Assembly: GCA_964531975.1 (NCBI GenBank)
Contig: CAZHFU010000001.1
Coordinates: 11,051 to 75,050, forward strand
DNA: 64,000 nt
Origin: an uncultured Anaerolinea sp.
GTDB taxonomy: Bacteria; Chloroflexota; Anaerolineae; Anaerolineales; UBA4823
Direction of reading: 5' to 3'
Below, piece after piece: positions 53,910 through 63,236 of this stretch. Made by a program: the position numbers and the translations under genes. Positions within the stretch are counted from its first letter, which is position 1. Every line of letters starts with the position of its first letter. Under the pieces are notes generated by a model. That model worked only from the letters and a program-made list of their open reading frames with translations. It ran no database searches and was not told the DNA's origin.

Positions 53910-55196
53910 CTAAATATCATCCATTTGGTCGGCTTTTTTGTAAAGCATGATTGCCAGGATAACGCCAATCACCAGCAAAACCAGGCCGAACAGGCCAATG
54001 AATAGGCCAGCTCCGGCTAACGGGAGGGTGATCAGGCCCAATAAACCAAACAAGCCTCCCGGAGCAAGCAAGGCGATGATTGCGAGCCAAACTTTATTCC
54101 AGTCCACCGGTCGTTGACCGGCGATGTGGCCGTTTTGACCGTTAATCATAGCCTGGTAGGGCTGCCCGCCGTATTGGTAAGCCAGGATATACACCGGCAA
54201 GAGCAGATAACGCCAGGTTTCATCGGCAAAATCGAGCTGCATACTAAAGTTGCGCACCAGCGAAGAGCTGGCGCGTTGAATGCATGCCAGGCGCGTGGTT
54301 TCGCGCATGCGGCTGCGGGCAGTTTGCCAGGCGCTCTCGAGGGGCAAGTCATAGGCCTGCGCCCCATAACCGGCCAGGTAATCGGGAGAATAATCCTTGA
54401 GGGCATGTAAATCGAAGGCGGCGCACTCATTCAATAAGCGTTGGCTCAAGTGAGACGCGCCGGGGATCAGTACATCGCGGTGGGGGATTTCCACACGCCC
54501 CGACTCCCAGCGCCAGTGCGTGACGGTGCGGGTCTTCCATTCGCCTCCGGAATAGTATCGCTCGGTTTTGGTGTGCCCCACTTCGGCTTTCCAATCTGCG
54601 GCGGCTTGCGAATCGAAGCACCAATAGGGCAGGTAGAGGGCGGTGAAGCCCCCTAAGGCGGCGCGAGATTTCAGATCGGAGGGGGTTAGCCAACTATTGC
54701 CAAGCCAGGTTTTGGCGATGGCTTCGCAAGCGTCGGCTGGAATGGTGAAAGGAATGAGCATGCGGGGGCGCAGAACATCCTGGGCGGCCTGACGCTGGAG
54801 CACCTTGTTGGAGCCGCAAAACGGGCAGGTGTATGCCAGGCGGGTCTCTTCGACGGTGGCGACTGCGCCGCAGGCTTCGCACGCCATCTCTTTACGGGCG
54901 GCGCCCCAACCCTGTTGGGGGCGATTCTCAGCCGATTGGCGCAGGGTCTCGACGGTAAATTCGAGGCGCTGGGCGGGCAAGGGGGCGGCGGGCTGGGGGA
55001 GCTGCGTGTAGCCACAACTGCGGCAGGTTAGCTCTCCGTTGGCGGCGGAATAAGCCGTGGTATCGCCGCACTGCGGGCACTTGAACTCAACCACCGGCCT
55101 TTCGTCTCCGGCTGGCGTTGGCGCAGGGACGAAAACGGTGACGCCCTCGATAGCCGAGGGAGCGGGGGTATATCCGGATGGAGGAAAGGCGCACAT
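53910..55196 (-). CDS. double zinc-ribbon protein with C-terminal TM anchors
   Basis: 428 aa. It has ribbons CPQC...CRSC and CEAC...CPFC, blocks LYLPYWCFD...WKAEVG and LLLPVYILAYQYGGQPYQAMINGQNGHIAG, and C-terminal hydrophobic helices. Confidence 0.6.
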   Translation of the reverse strand: MCAFPPSGYTPAPSAIEGVTVFVPAPTPAGDERPVVEFKCPQCGDTTAYSAANGELTCRSCGYTQLPQPAAPLPAQRLEFTVETLRQSAENRPQQGWGAARKEMACEACGAVATVEETRLAYTCPFCGSNKVLQRQAAQDVLRPRMLIPFTIPADACEAIAKTWLGNSWLTPSDLKSRAALGGFTALYLPYWCFDSQAAADWKAEVGHTKTERYYSGGEWKTRTVTHWRWESGRVEIPHRDVLIPGASHLSQRLLNECAAFDLHALKDYSPDYLAGYGAQAYDLPLESAWQTARSRMRETTRLACIQRASSSLVRNFSMQLDFADETWRYLLLPVYILAYQYGGQPYQAMINGQNGHIAGQRPVDWNKVWLAIIALLAPGGLFGLLGLITLPLAGAGLFIGLFGLVLLVIGVILAIMLYKKADQMDDI

Positions 55197-55235
55197 AGTC
55201 TCTATTATAACGTTGCGAGCATCGCGAAAGTCGCG

Positions 55236-56540
55236 TTATTTACAGATTAAATCGTCTGCGCCTGGCTGTTTGCCGGCCGCATAAACCTTTTGAAATTCTT
55301 GCTCGTATAAGGCGGCGATGGCAGCGTCATGAATAATCAGCACGTTGTCATCGTTGATCTGTTCGGCGGCTTTGGTAAAGTTATAGGAACCGGTGATAAC
55401 TATTTGTTGATCGATGATGATGACTTTGTGGTGCATGGTATAACGATTGCCGTCTTGGCGCACCGGCAGCCCGGCGCAGAATAAGGTCGGCAGCACCCCC
55501 TGCGATGCGCCTCGGTTCTCGATCACGCCTTGCACCTCCACGCCGGCCTGGGAGCGTGCAATCATGGCGGCCGCCAGGTCGGCGTCGGTATAGGTGAAGG
55601 CCATGAAATGGATCGAGCGCTTGGCGTTGACCACATGGTGGATGAGTTTATCCATGACTCGATCGGGCGGTGAGAAGTAATTTTCCACCTGCACCCCGTT
55701 TAAGATCAGGGCTGAACGCAGCGCGCCCACTTCGGCGCGCGCGCCGAATTGACCGGCGATGAACATCTCGTTAAACTTGGCCTGGTAGTTGGCGATTACT
55801 TCCGGGGCGGTGATGCGCAGCAGGTTATTTTCGTTGCGGTATGTATCATTATACGAGGCGTTCCATGAACCGATGAAAAGTGTTTGGCCGTCGATAATAA
55901 ACAGCTTGTCGTGCATTAACCCATTCGAGCGTCCGCCGTCTACCACGGCAATATTGGCAGCTTGCAGCGCCTTGAGGGCGTCAAAATCGGCCTGTCCATT
56001 ATCGGCGCCGTTTTTAAGTTGGGTGGATCCGTTAAGCTGATCCAATACGGCGCGTACCTGCACCCCGCGGCGGGCGGCGAGGGTGAGGGCGGTGGTGATG
56101 CTGGGCAGGTTGAAGTCGAAGGAGGCCAGGTCGATGGAAGTTTTGGCCTGCGCCAGGGCGCCAATCACCACCGCGTCGATGCCGGGGGTGGTTTCCAGCG
56201 GCGGGGCGGCAGCCCGGTTAGTGAAGCCGAGGGTTGTGATGAGGGGTGTGAAGGCGTTTTCAATTCCTTCTAAAAAGCTGGTTTTGGGTGGTGGAGCTGG
56301 GCTGGTGAAGTACACCTGGAGCCAGGCGGAGGCCCCAACCTGGCTTGCATCTGCGCTGGGCCAGGGGGTGATGGCGGCGGTTGGCAGCGGCTGGAGGGTG
56401 GGCGAGGGTGAGAAGACGCCCAGCAGGTCGCGGCCATTGATGATGAAGATCAGGCCAAAAATGGCTAGCACCGCGGTCAGAACGATGACAGTTGCAGGCG
56501 TTACAGAAGGGTGGGTGGAATCTTTAGGAGATTTCGCCAT
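55236..56540 (-). CDS. membrane-anchored phospholipase D superfamily protein with two HKD motifs
   Basis: 434 aa with an N-terminal TM helix and a Pro-rich linker. HKD-1 is HDKLFIIDGQTLFIGSWN. HKD-2 is HHKVIIIDQQIVITGSYN. Confidence 0.85.
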   Translation of the reverse strand: MAKSPKDSTHPSVTPATVIVLTAVLAIFGLIFIINGRDLLGVFSPSPTLQPLPTAAITPWPSADASQVGASAWLQVYFTSPAPPPKTSFLEGIENAFTPLITTLGFTNRAAAPPLETTPGIDAVVIGALAQAKTSIDLASFDFNLPSITTALTLAARRGVQVRAVLDQLNGSTQLKNGADNGQADFDALKALQAANIAVVDGGRSNGLMHDKLFIIDGQTLFIGSWNASYNDTYRNENNLLRITAPEVIANYQAKFNEMFIAGQFGARAEVGALRSALILNGVQVENYFSPPDRVMDKLIHHVVNAKRSIHFMAFTYTDADLAAAMIARSQAGVEVQGVIENRGASQGVLPTLFCAGLPVRQDGNRYTMHHKVIIIDQQIVITGSYNFTKAAEQINDDNVLIIHDAAIAALYEQEFQKVYAAGKQPGADDLICK

Positions 56541-56597
56541 ATGGATGATCCTTTGAAATTTAAATAAACTGATCTTCGGGAGGGCGGCTCATGCAGC

Positions 56598-57116
56598 CTA
56601 TCCGAATTTCTCTTTTAATAGGTTGCGCAAAGCGGCGATTTTTTCTACCGGCGTGGCGGCCTGGTTAAGCTGATCGAGCAGCATTTGGCGCTGCTGGGGT
56701 GAAATTGTTACGCCGGGCAAGAGCCGCAGGGTTTGATCGAGGATGGTTTGGGATAGGGAAGAATCGGAAGAAGATGAGACCGCCCATTCCGAAATGGAGC
56801 GCAGGGTTTGGCGGGCGGCGTCGAAGCTGCCGGATAATCGCTGCTCCGCCTCCTGGTCATCCAGGGCGGCGGTGGACTGGGCCAGCCGGCGCATCCAGTC
56901 CGCGCCCATATCAACGAGCATGCGCGCCGGATCGTCCTCCAGGTCGGAGGTGAGGCTTTCGTTGTCTAGCAGGCTGTCGATTGCCAGGCGGGCGCGCCGG
57001 GCGGTTTTTTCGTCCATGCCTGTGGTTGGCGATGGCTCCGGGCGCGGCGGGGGAAGTGGCGCGCCTGCGGGCGCGCGGCGTCGAAATCGGGCGATGAGTT
57101 TATCGATCCAGCGCAT
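56598..57116 (-). CDS. hypothetical acidic helical protein
   Basis: 172-aa ORF heading the five-gene minus-strand cluster. No recognisable motif. Confidence 0.5.
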   Translation of the reverse strand: MRWIDKLIARFRRRAPAGAPLPPPRPEPSPTTGMDEKTARRARLAIDSLLDNESLTSDLEDDPARMLVDMGADWMRRLAQSTAALDDQEAEQRLSGSFDAARQTLRSISEWAVSSSSDSSLSQTILDQTLRLLPGVTISPQQRQMLLDQLNQAATPVEKIAALRNLLKEKFG

Positions 57117-57400
57117 TGGGCCTCCTGGGATAGTTTGACAATGTAATCATATACCAAAATTGGCGGGAATGGCGTCCAACTTCATGAGATGATCATATTC
57201 CTGGTGAAAAACATGCTCTTTAAGGAGAAGGATTGGCGAAAGGGCCGATGACATGAATTTTTAGTGACGAAAGTCACAACCTACCGGAAGAAAATCCCTA
57301 AAAAGTGCGATAGAATACAATTGATATGGGCGTTGGCCCACAATGCCGCACAGGCCACGCCTTCTGTTGTTTAGAGCAAACCTAATTCAGGAGGATAAGA

Positions 57401-58237
57401 ATGAAACGAACTATTTTCTCGCTGCTGTTGATTGGCGCGTTTTTGCTAGGTGCATGCGCCAGCCCAGCTACCCCGGCGCAGCCCGCCGCTTCCGAAGCCC
57501 CGGCGCAGCCCGCCGCCCCAACCCATTTGGACAAGATCAAATCCGCCGGAACGATTAAAGTTGGCACATCGGCCGACTACCCTCCGTTTGAATATGTGGA
57601 CGACACGGGTAAGAAGATCGGTTTCGATATTGAGCTGATGGAAGAAATCGCTAAGCGCATGGGCGTGCAGGTTGAATGGGTGGATATGCCCTTCGACAGC
57701 CTGATCGCTGCTGTGCAAGAAGGCAAGATCGACGCCGCGATTTCGGCTTTCAATTATACGGAAGAGCGCGATAAGACGATTGATTTTACCGACGCCTATT
57801 TCACTTCCGAAGACTCTTTTATCGTGGCCGATGGCTTCACTGGTAAGATCGATAAGCCCGAAGATGTGGCCCAGTACCAGGTGGGCGCGCAGACCGGCAC
57901 CACGCAGGATGGTTGGCTGACCGACAACCTCGTGACCCCCGGCACATTGCCCGAGGGCAATTTGTTCCGCTACGACCGGGTTGACCAGGCTGTGTTGGAT
58001 CTCCAAAATGGCCGCATTCAGGTGCTAATGGCCGACTCGGTGGTGGCTGAAGTGCTGGTGAAGCAGCAGAGTGGTTTGAAGATCGTCTACACCGGGGTGC
58101 TTTCCAGCGGCCCCATGAACATTGTTGTTCCCAATGACGATACCGCTCTCGCCCAGGCGTTCAACGATATCATCAAGGCGCTCCAAACTGAAGGCTGGGT
58201 CGATGCGCTAGCCGTCAAATACATCGCAGGAGAGTAA
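57401..58237 (+). CDS. polar amino-acid ABC transporter substrate-binding lipoprotein
   Basis: 278 aa with lipobox LLGAC. The type-3 SBP pattern is GTSADYPPFEY...GFDIELM. An AGGAGG RBS is present. Confidence 0.9.
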   Translation: MKRTIFSLLLIGAFLLGACASPATPAQPAASEAPAQPAAPTHLDKIKSAGTIKVGTSADYPPFEYVDDTGKKIGFDIELMEEIAKRMGVQVEWVDMPFDSLIAAVQEGKIDAAISAFNYTEERDKTIDFTDAYFTSEDSFIVADGFTGKIDKPEDVAQYQVGAQTGTTQDGWLTDNLVTPGTLPEGNLFRYDRVDQAVLDLQNGRIQVLMADSVVAEVLVKQQSGLKIVYTGVLSSGPMNIVVPNDDTALAQAFNDIIKALQTEGWVDALAVKYIAGE

Positions 58238-58337
58238 ATTTCCCTGGTTATAATGAATGGTCGGCTTTGGCCGACCATTCATTATATAGGGCTTAAGCTG
58301 GCATCAACTGATTGAAGGTTAAACAAGAAAGCTTTAT

Positions 58338-58982
58338 ATGCTTCAAAATTTCCTGTTTTATATCGGTCAAGGCACAGCCACTACCCTGGCGGTTACCCTC
58401 ACGGCGCTGCCGATGGGGGTTGTGATCGGGATGATCTTGGCGCTGGTGCACGTCTATTCCAGGCGCTGGATATCGGGCCTGGTGACAGTTTACAGCACGG
58501 TGATGCGCGGTGTGCCCCCCCTGGTCTTGTTATTCATTTTGTATTTTGTGATCTCAGGTTCGATCAACCTGTCGCCTTTCTGGGCGGGGTCGTTGGCGCT
58601 GGGGGTGGTGAGCAGCGCCTATCAACTGGAAATCTTCCGCGGGGCGCTGCAGTCGGTGAGCGGCGGTCAAATGATGGCGGCCCGCGCTTTGGGGATGAGC
58701 CGTTTGACAGCTATCCGCCATGTGATTTTGCCCCAGGCGCTGCGCCTGGCAATTCCGCCGTGGTCGAATGAAGCTTCGATTGTGTTAAAAGATTCTTCAC
58801 TGGTTTACGCCTTGGGTGTGCCGGAGATTTTACGTCGCGCCCAACTGCTAAGCGCATCGACGCAGCAGCCTTTCCTGGCTTATGGAACGGCCACGTTGAT
58901 CTATTTCGTGCTGGTCTTTTCCACCAATCGCCTGCTCGACTGGGTGGATCGTAAGACCCGCATTCCTACTAATTATGCTTGA
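58338..58982 (+). CDS. amino-acid ABC transporter permease
   Basis: 214 aa. It has HisM/GlnP-type permease features, including the EAA-like loop [28 protein letters not shown]. Confidence 0.9.
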   Translation: MLQNFLFYIGQGTATTLAVTLTALPMGVVIGMILALVHVYSRRWISGLVTVYSTVMRGVPPLVLLFILYFVISGSINLSPFWAGSLALGVVSSAYQLEIFRGALQSVSGGQMMAARALGMSRLTAIRHVILPQALRLAIPPWSNEASIVLKDSSLVYALGVPEILRRAQLLSASTQQPFLAYGTATLIYFVLVFSTNRLLDWVDRKTRIPTNYA

Positions 58983-59800
58983 GGAGCGACCTCGTGGCCC
59001 CTATTCTACGCGCTAAAAACTTGACCAAAATTTACGGCGAAAATGTCATTTTCAAAGACATTTCCATCTCGATTAACGAGGGTGATACGGTGGTTATTAT
59101 TGGCCCCAGCGGTACGGGCAAAAGCACACTGCTGCGCTGCTTTAACCTGCTCACCCGGCCAGATGGCGGCCAAATCTGGCTCGATGAAGAAGAGATCACC
59201 GCCCCACATTGTAATGCGGATAAGGTGCGCCAACACATGGGGATGGTTTTTCAGAACTTTTTGCTCTTCAACCATATGACGGCGCTCGATAATGTTCAAG
59301 TGGGTCTGAGCCGGGTTAAGAAGATGCACAAAGCTGCGGCCCGCGAAAAAGCGATGTATGAATTAGAACGGGTGGGCCTGGGCGACCGGGCCGACCATTA
59401 CCCCGGTCAGCTTTCGGGTGGACAGCAGCAGCGCGTGGCGATTGCACGGGCCTTGGCCATGGATCCACGGGTGATGCTGTTTGATGAGCCAACTTCGGCC
59501 CTGGACCCGGAGCTGATTGGCGAGGTGCTGACGGTGATGCGCGACCTGGCCCTGGCGCATATGACGATGGTGGTGGTTACGCACGAGATGGGTTTTGCCC
59601 GCGAGGTAGCCAACCGCATCGTATTCATGGAAAAGGGCAGCATTGTAGAAGAAGGCTCTCCCGACGATCTCTTCTACCGGCCTAAATTCCCCCGTACACG
59701 CGAATTTTTATGGAAGATCACCGAGTTGTATGGTGGTAAACAAGAGGAAACGCCGCCTTCTACCGAAGACGCGCTGCCGGGGAGTGGTGAAACCGCATGA
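58979..59800 (+). CDS. amino-acid ABC transporter ATP-binding protein
   Basis: 273 aa. Walker A is GPSGTGKST, the signature is LSGGQQQR and Walker B is [12 protein letters not shown]. It overlaps both neighbours by 4 nt. Confidence 0.93.
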   Translation: MRSDLVAPILRAKNLTKIYGENVIFKDISISINEGDTVVIIGPSGTGKSTLLRCFNLLTRPDGGQIWLDEEEITAPHCNADKVRQHMGMVFQNFLLFNHMTALDNVQVGLSRVKKMHKAAAREKAMYELERVGLGDRADHYPGQLSGGQQQRVAIARALAMDPRVMLFDEPTSALDPELIGEVLTVMRDLALAHMTMVVVTHEMGFAREVANRIVFMEKGSIVEEGSPDDLFYRPKFPRTREFLWKITELYGGKQEETPPSTEDALPGSGETA

Positions 59801-60456
59801 AAGAATGGCTGGAATTACTCATTCGTTCTCTGCCGGATTTTTGGGCCGGCGCGCTGATTACATTGGAGCTTACCGCCGTGGGCCTGGTTGTTGGCCTGGT
59901 TTTAGGCATGCTGGCGGCGCTGGGGCGGGTGTATGGCGGCAAGGTCGTCAGAGCCATCTCGATTGCCTACATTGAGCTATTCCGGGGGACGCCGCTGCTG
60001 GCGCAGCTGTTCCTGGTGTATTACGGCTTGCCAAGCCTGGGCATTACCTTCTCCCGCATGGGCGCGGCCTTCCTGGCGTTGGGCTTTAACAGCGGCGCTT
60101 ACCAGGCGGAGTATATACGCGGGGCGATTCAGTCGATTGGCGACGGGCAGATGATGGCCGGGCGGGCGATTGGCATGAGCCGCTGGCGCACGATTGTTCA
60201 CATCATTATGCCGCAGGCGCTGCGATTGGTGATCCCGGCCTGGTCGAACGAGCCGATTTCGCTGCTTAAAAGCACAGCAATCGCATTCTTGATTGCCGTG
60301 CCCGACCTGATGACGCGCGCCAAATCTATCGCCGCCCGCACCTACAACCCAATCGGCACGTACCTGGCGGTAGCAGTGGCCTACCTGGCGATGGCCTTCG
60401 TGCTAAATGAAGGGCTTAAGTTCCTGGAACGCAAAGCGCGCATCCCTGGCTTTTAA
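59797..60456 (+). CDS. amino-acid ABC transporter permease
   Basis: 219 aa with the EAA-like loop [28 protein letters not shown]. Confidence 0.9.
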   Translation: MKEWLELLIRSLPDFWAGALITLELTAVGLVVGLVLGMLAALGRVYGGKVVRAISIAYIELFRGTPLLAQLFLVYYGLPSLGITFSRMGAAFLALGFNSGAYQAEYIRGAIQSIGDGQMMAGRAIGMSRWRTIVHIIMPQALRLVIPAWSNEPISLLKSTAIAFLIAVPDLMTRAKSIAARTYNPIGTYLAVAVAYLAMAFVLNEGLKFLERKARIPGF

Positions 60457-60582
60457 GCGGCGCGGCGAAGCACTGCGGCGGTGGGCCACATATCAAATTG
60501 AGGCGAATTTGGATGTGTTCTCTTGAATGGTTTAGCAGCGCCAGCCAGGCTCGCCTGGCGGCTTGAATCCGATCCCTTAAAA

Positions 60583-60615
60583 CAAAAACGCTCCGTTTAC
60601 CGGAGTGTTTTTGTT
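60583..60615. terminator. bidirectional Rho-independent terminator
   Basis: AAAAACG-CTCCG-TTTAC-CGGAG-TGTTTTTGTT: a 5-bp core stem flanked by an A-run and a T-run. It serves the plus-strand ABC operon and the minus-strand tRNA-His. Confidence 0.6.
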
Positions 60616-60617
60616 AG

Positions 60618-60690
60618 GGTAGGCGATGGGGCTCGAACCCACAACCCTCGCATCCACAGTGCGATGCTCTGCCATTGAGCTACGCCCACC
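60618..60690 (-). tRNA. tRNA-His (anticodon GUG) with genome-encoded G(-1)
   Basis: The reverse complement folds as G(-1), acceptor GTGGGCG/CGCCTAC, D arm GCTC/GAGC, anticodon stem TCGCA/TGCGA with loop CTGTGGA, T arm GTGGG/CCCAT with TTCGAGC, and discriminator C pairing with G(-1). The 3' CCA is not fully encoded. Confidence 0.92.
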
Positions 60691-60769
60691 ATAAGCGGGC
60701 TGTATTCTATCATGAAGGTTTTTTTCAGGCAAGGTTAATTTTTTAATTTATTGGACGCCAGATTGCTTG

Positions 60770-60797
60770 TTGATTTTCCGCAGAAAGAGCATACAAT
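60770..60797 (+). promoter_or_regulatory. sigma70-like promoter candidate for panB
   Basis: TTGATT (60770-60775), a 16-nt spacer, then TACAAT (60792-60797), in an AT-rich region ~55 nt upstream of the panB ATG. Confidence 0.4.
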
Positions 60798-60853
60798 AAC
60801 ATAAGCGCAAAATTTCCCCCATCATCAGTTCTAGACCATTTTGGAGGCCTCAT

Positions 60854-61708
60854 ATGACCGATCGAAAAAAAGTGTCCATTCCTGATTTATTCAAGAAGGT
60901 TCAGAATGGCGAGCCGATAAGCTGGCTCACTTGCTATGATTATCCAACTGCCTATTTGCAAGACCAGGCCGGGATGGATATGATCCTGGTGGGCGATAGC
61001 CTGGGGATGACTATGCTGGGCTATGAATCCACTCTGCCGGTGACAATGGAAGATATGATCCGGCACTCGCAGGCGGTGCGGCGCGGCGCGCCGCATGTTC
61101 ATTTGGTAGGCGATATGCCTTATATGAGCTATCAACCTTCAACCGAATCGGCCATTCGCAACGCCGGTCGCTTTATGGCCGAAGCGATGTGCGATTCGAT
61201 CAAACTGGAGGGCGGCGCGGAGATGTGCGGACGCATTGAGGGCATCGTCGCGGCAGGTATTCCGGCCATCGGCCACCTGGGGCTAACGCCGCAGAGCGTA
61301 AGCGCCTTGGGCGGCTTCCGGGTGCAGGGTAAGGGCGCAGCGCAAGCCAAGAAGATCATCGATAACGCTAAGGCGCTTGAGAATGCGGGCGCATTTGCCA
61401 TTTTGCTTGAAATGGTTCCGGACCGGGTGTGCGAGTTGATTACCCAACGCGCCGAGAACTGCATTATTATGAGCTTGGGGTCTGGCCCCAAGGCGCATGG
61501 TCAGCTGCTGATTTATCACGATATGTTTGGGCTTTACCCGCGGTTTAAGCCGCGAATGGCAAAAGTCTTTGGTAATGCCGGCGAAGTGATCTTGAACGGG
61601 TTGAAGCAGTATGTGGCGGAGGTGAACGATGAAAGCTTCCCGCAGCCGGAAAACTGGTTTGGCATGAAAGATGAAGAATACGAAGAATTGCTGGACCTGC
61701 TTGGATAA
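60854..61708 (+). CDS. panB: 3-methyl-2-oxobutanoate hydroxymethyltransferase
   Basis: 284 aa. It has LTCYDYPTA, ILVGDSLGM and KLEGG motifs, typical of PanB. Confidence 0.93.
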   Translation: MTDRKKVSIPDLFKKVQNGEPISWLTCYDYPTAYLQDQAGMDMILVGDSLGMTMLGYESTLPVTMEDMIRHSQAVRRGAPHVHLVGDMPYMSYQPSTESAIRNAGRFMAEAMCDSIKLEGGAEMCGRIEGIVAAGIPAIGHLGLTPQSVSALGGFRVQGKGAAQAKKIIDNAKALENAGAFAILLEMVPDRVCELITQRAENCIIMSLGSGPKAHGQLLIYHDMFGLYPRFKPRMAKVFGNAGEVILNGLKQYVAEVNDESFPQPENWFGMKDEEYEELLDLLG

Positions 61709-61713
61709 ACTCA

Positions 61714-61757
61714 ACCTGCCTGCTGCTAACCGTATGATGGTTTGCGGCAGGTTTTTG
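61714..61757 (+). terminator. weak terminator-like hairpin after panB
   Basis: 7-bp stem: ACCTGCC (61714-61720) pairs with GGCAGGT (61746-61752), followed by TTTT. The loop is long (25 nt). Confidence 0.35.
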
Positions 61758-61785
61758 ATTAGCCGGGATAACTTCGGGAGAATAT

Positions 61786-63057
61786 TTGATGGACGATAAA
61801 ATTCGCCAATTGCTAAAAATACCTTATACTCGCCTGGATGACCTGAACGCGGTGCTGCTCGACCCCAACACCGAAGTGATCAACCGCGTCCTGGCGGTAG
61901 TGGAAAAGTATGGGACGCCTGAAGAGATTAATGAACGGGCGCGTGTGGCGGGGCGGCTGCCCAATTTGCTGAAGCAGGTTGAAGCCACCCAGCCCGAATT
62001 TTTGAAAGACCTGGAATGGCTGGCCGCGCAGCGCGATGCGGGGGCCTTTGTTAGTGTGCCGGAATACCGCCGCGGCGTGCTGGGTGAGCGGGCCGGTGAG
62101 ATGACTTTCGCCGACGAATTCGCGGTGACGCTGGAGATCAGCGCGGCGCAGTATTTCCCGTGGGTGATGGCCGCAGCCAAAAAGGCGCTGGCCGAGCGCA
62201 GCCTGATGCCCGGCCGTTTTATCAAAGTGCGCAAGATGAAAGAGCAAGAAGCCGATGGCGACCTGCCGGCGATTGCGGCGGCGATGCAGATCATCGGGGC
62301 CAGTTATGTGGAAACGCTGGACACCAAAGGCACCGATGGCTCGAACATTCACCTGAATGGCCCGGCCACCATCACCGGCTATTTCGGCGGGGTGGGGCAG
62401 CCTAATCACTATCCGCTCAAATGGCTGGACGAATTTCTATATTATTATACGAAGTTCGGTGTGCGCCAGGTGCTGAATGTCAACCCCGGCACAGTGCTGG
62501 TGGGTTATATCCTCTATCGCCTGGGGGTTGATATTGAGTTCAAGATTTCGGTCTTCATGGGCAACGACAGTCCCTACGCCGCCTTGTGGACCTTGATTGG
62601 GGCCAAGTTGTTCGCGCGTGATGATGGGACTTCGCCGCTGATTGGCTTCAACTGGTCCAATTCGATTAACAATGAGACGATGGAACTAACCGCTCAATTC
62701 CGCAAAGCGTTGGGGTTCGAGGATGTGGTGCGCTTTGAGCACCATATCACCGAAACGTATAAGTCAATCGTGCGCCAGCCGTATAATCGCCGCGCCGAGC
62801 TGATGGAGGTTGCGGACCATGTGAAGAATATCTCGGCCAAGCACGAAGGCGGCGACCCTGAAATCGACCAAACGCGGGACCACCCTTCGGATATCCTGGA
62901 TTACTTCCGCGATAAGAGCGAGATCGTGGCGTCCGGCGATTGGGAAGCGATGCAAGGAAACTTCTTAGATAAGTTTGATGCGGTCAATGCCACGGCCCGA
63001 GCGCTAACCGAATGTGGATTAGCTTTTGTTGCGGCCCAGAAGCTGCATAAAGGGTAA
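61786..63057 (+). CDS. conserved hypothetical protein (family not recognised)
   Basis: 423-aa ORF with normal coding composition and no TM segments. I saw no nucleotide-binding or metal motif that I can name. Confidence 0.55.
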   Translation: MMDDKIRQLLKIPYTRLDDLNAVLLDPNTEVINRVLAVVEKYGTPEEINERARVAGRLPNLLKQVEATQPEFLKDLEWLAAQRDAGAFVSVPEYRRGVLGERAGEMTFADEFAVTLEISAAQYFPWVMAAAKKALAERSLMPGRFIKVRKMKEQEADGDLPAIAAAMQIIGASYVETLDTKGTDGSNIHLNGPATITGYFGGVGQPNHYPLKWLDEFLYYYTKFGVRQVLNVNPGTVLVGYILYRLGVDIEFKISVFMGNDSPYAALWTLIGAKLFARDDGTSPLIGFNWSNSINNETMELTAQFRKALGFEDVVRFEHHITETYKSIVRQPYNRRAELMEVADHVKNISAKHEGGDPEIDQTRDHPSDILDYFRDKSEIVASGDWEAMQGNFLDKFDAVNATARALTECGLAFVAAQKLHKG

Positions 63058-63236
63058 GTTGATGGGCGTGAAATATCCGCCCTGGCGGTAACGCCGCAGC
63101 GTGAAGCGTGGGCGTTAGCGCGCTGCGCCAGCCCTGGGGAGTTTCTCTGGCTGTGCGGCGCGCCAGAAGACCGGTGAAACCTCAGGTTGGGAGATTTTTA
63201 GCTGCTTAGCGGGGCTAAAGGCTCCCGACCTGTTGT

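Noticed and set aside
60457-60853. tRNA-His as a possible integration site for a genomic island.
   Set aside because: The window contains no integrase, recombinase or phage genes. I did not spot a direct repeat of the tRNA 3' end. The flanking genes (amino-acid ABC transporter, panB) look like core genes.
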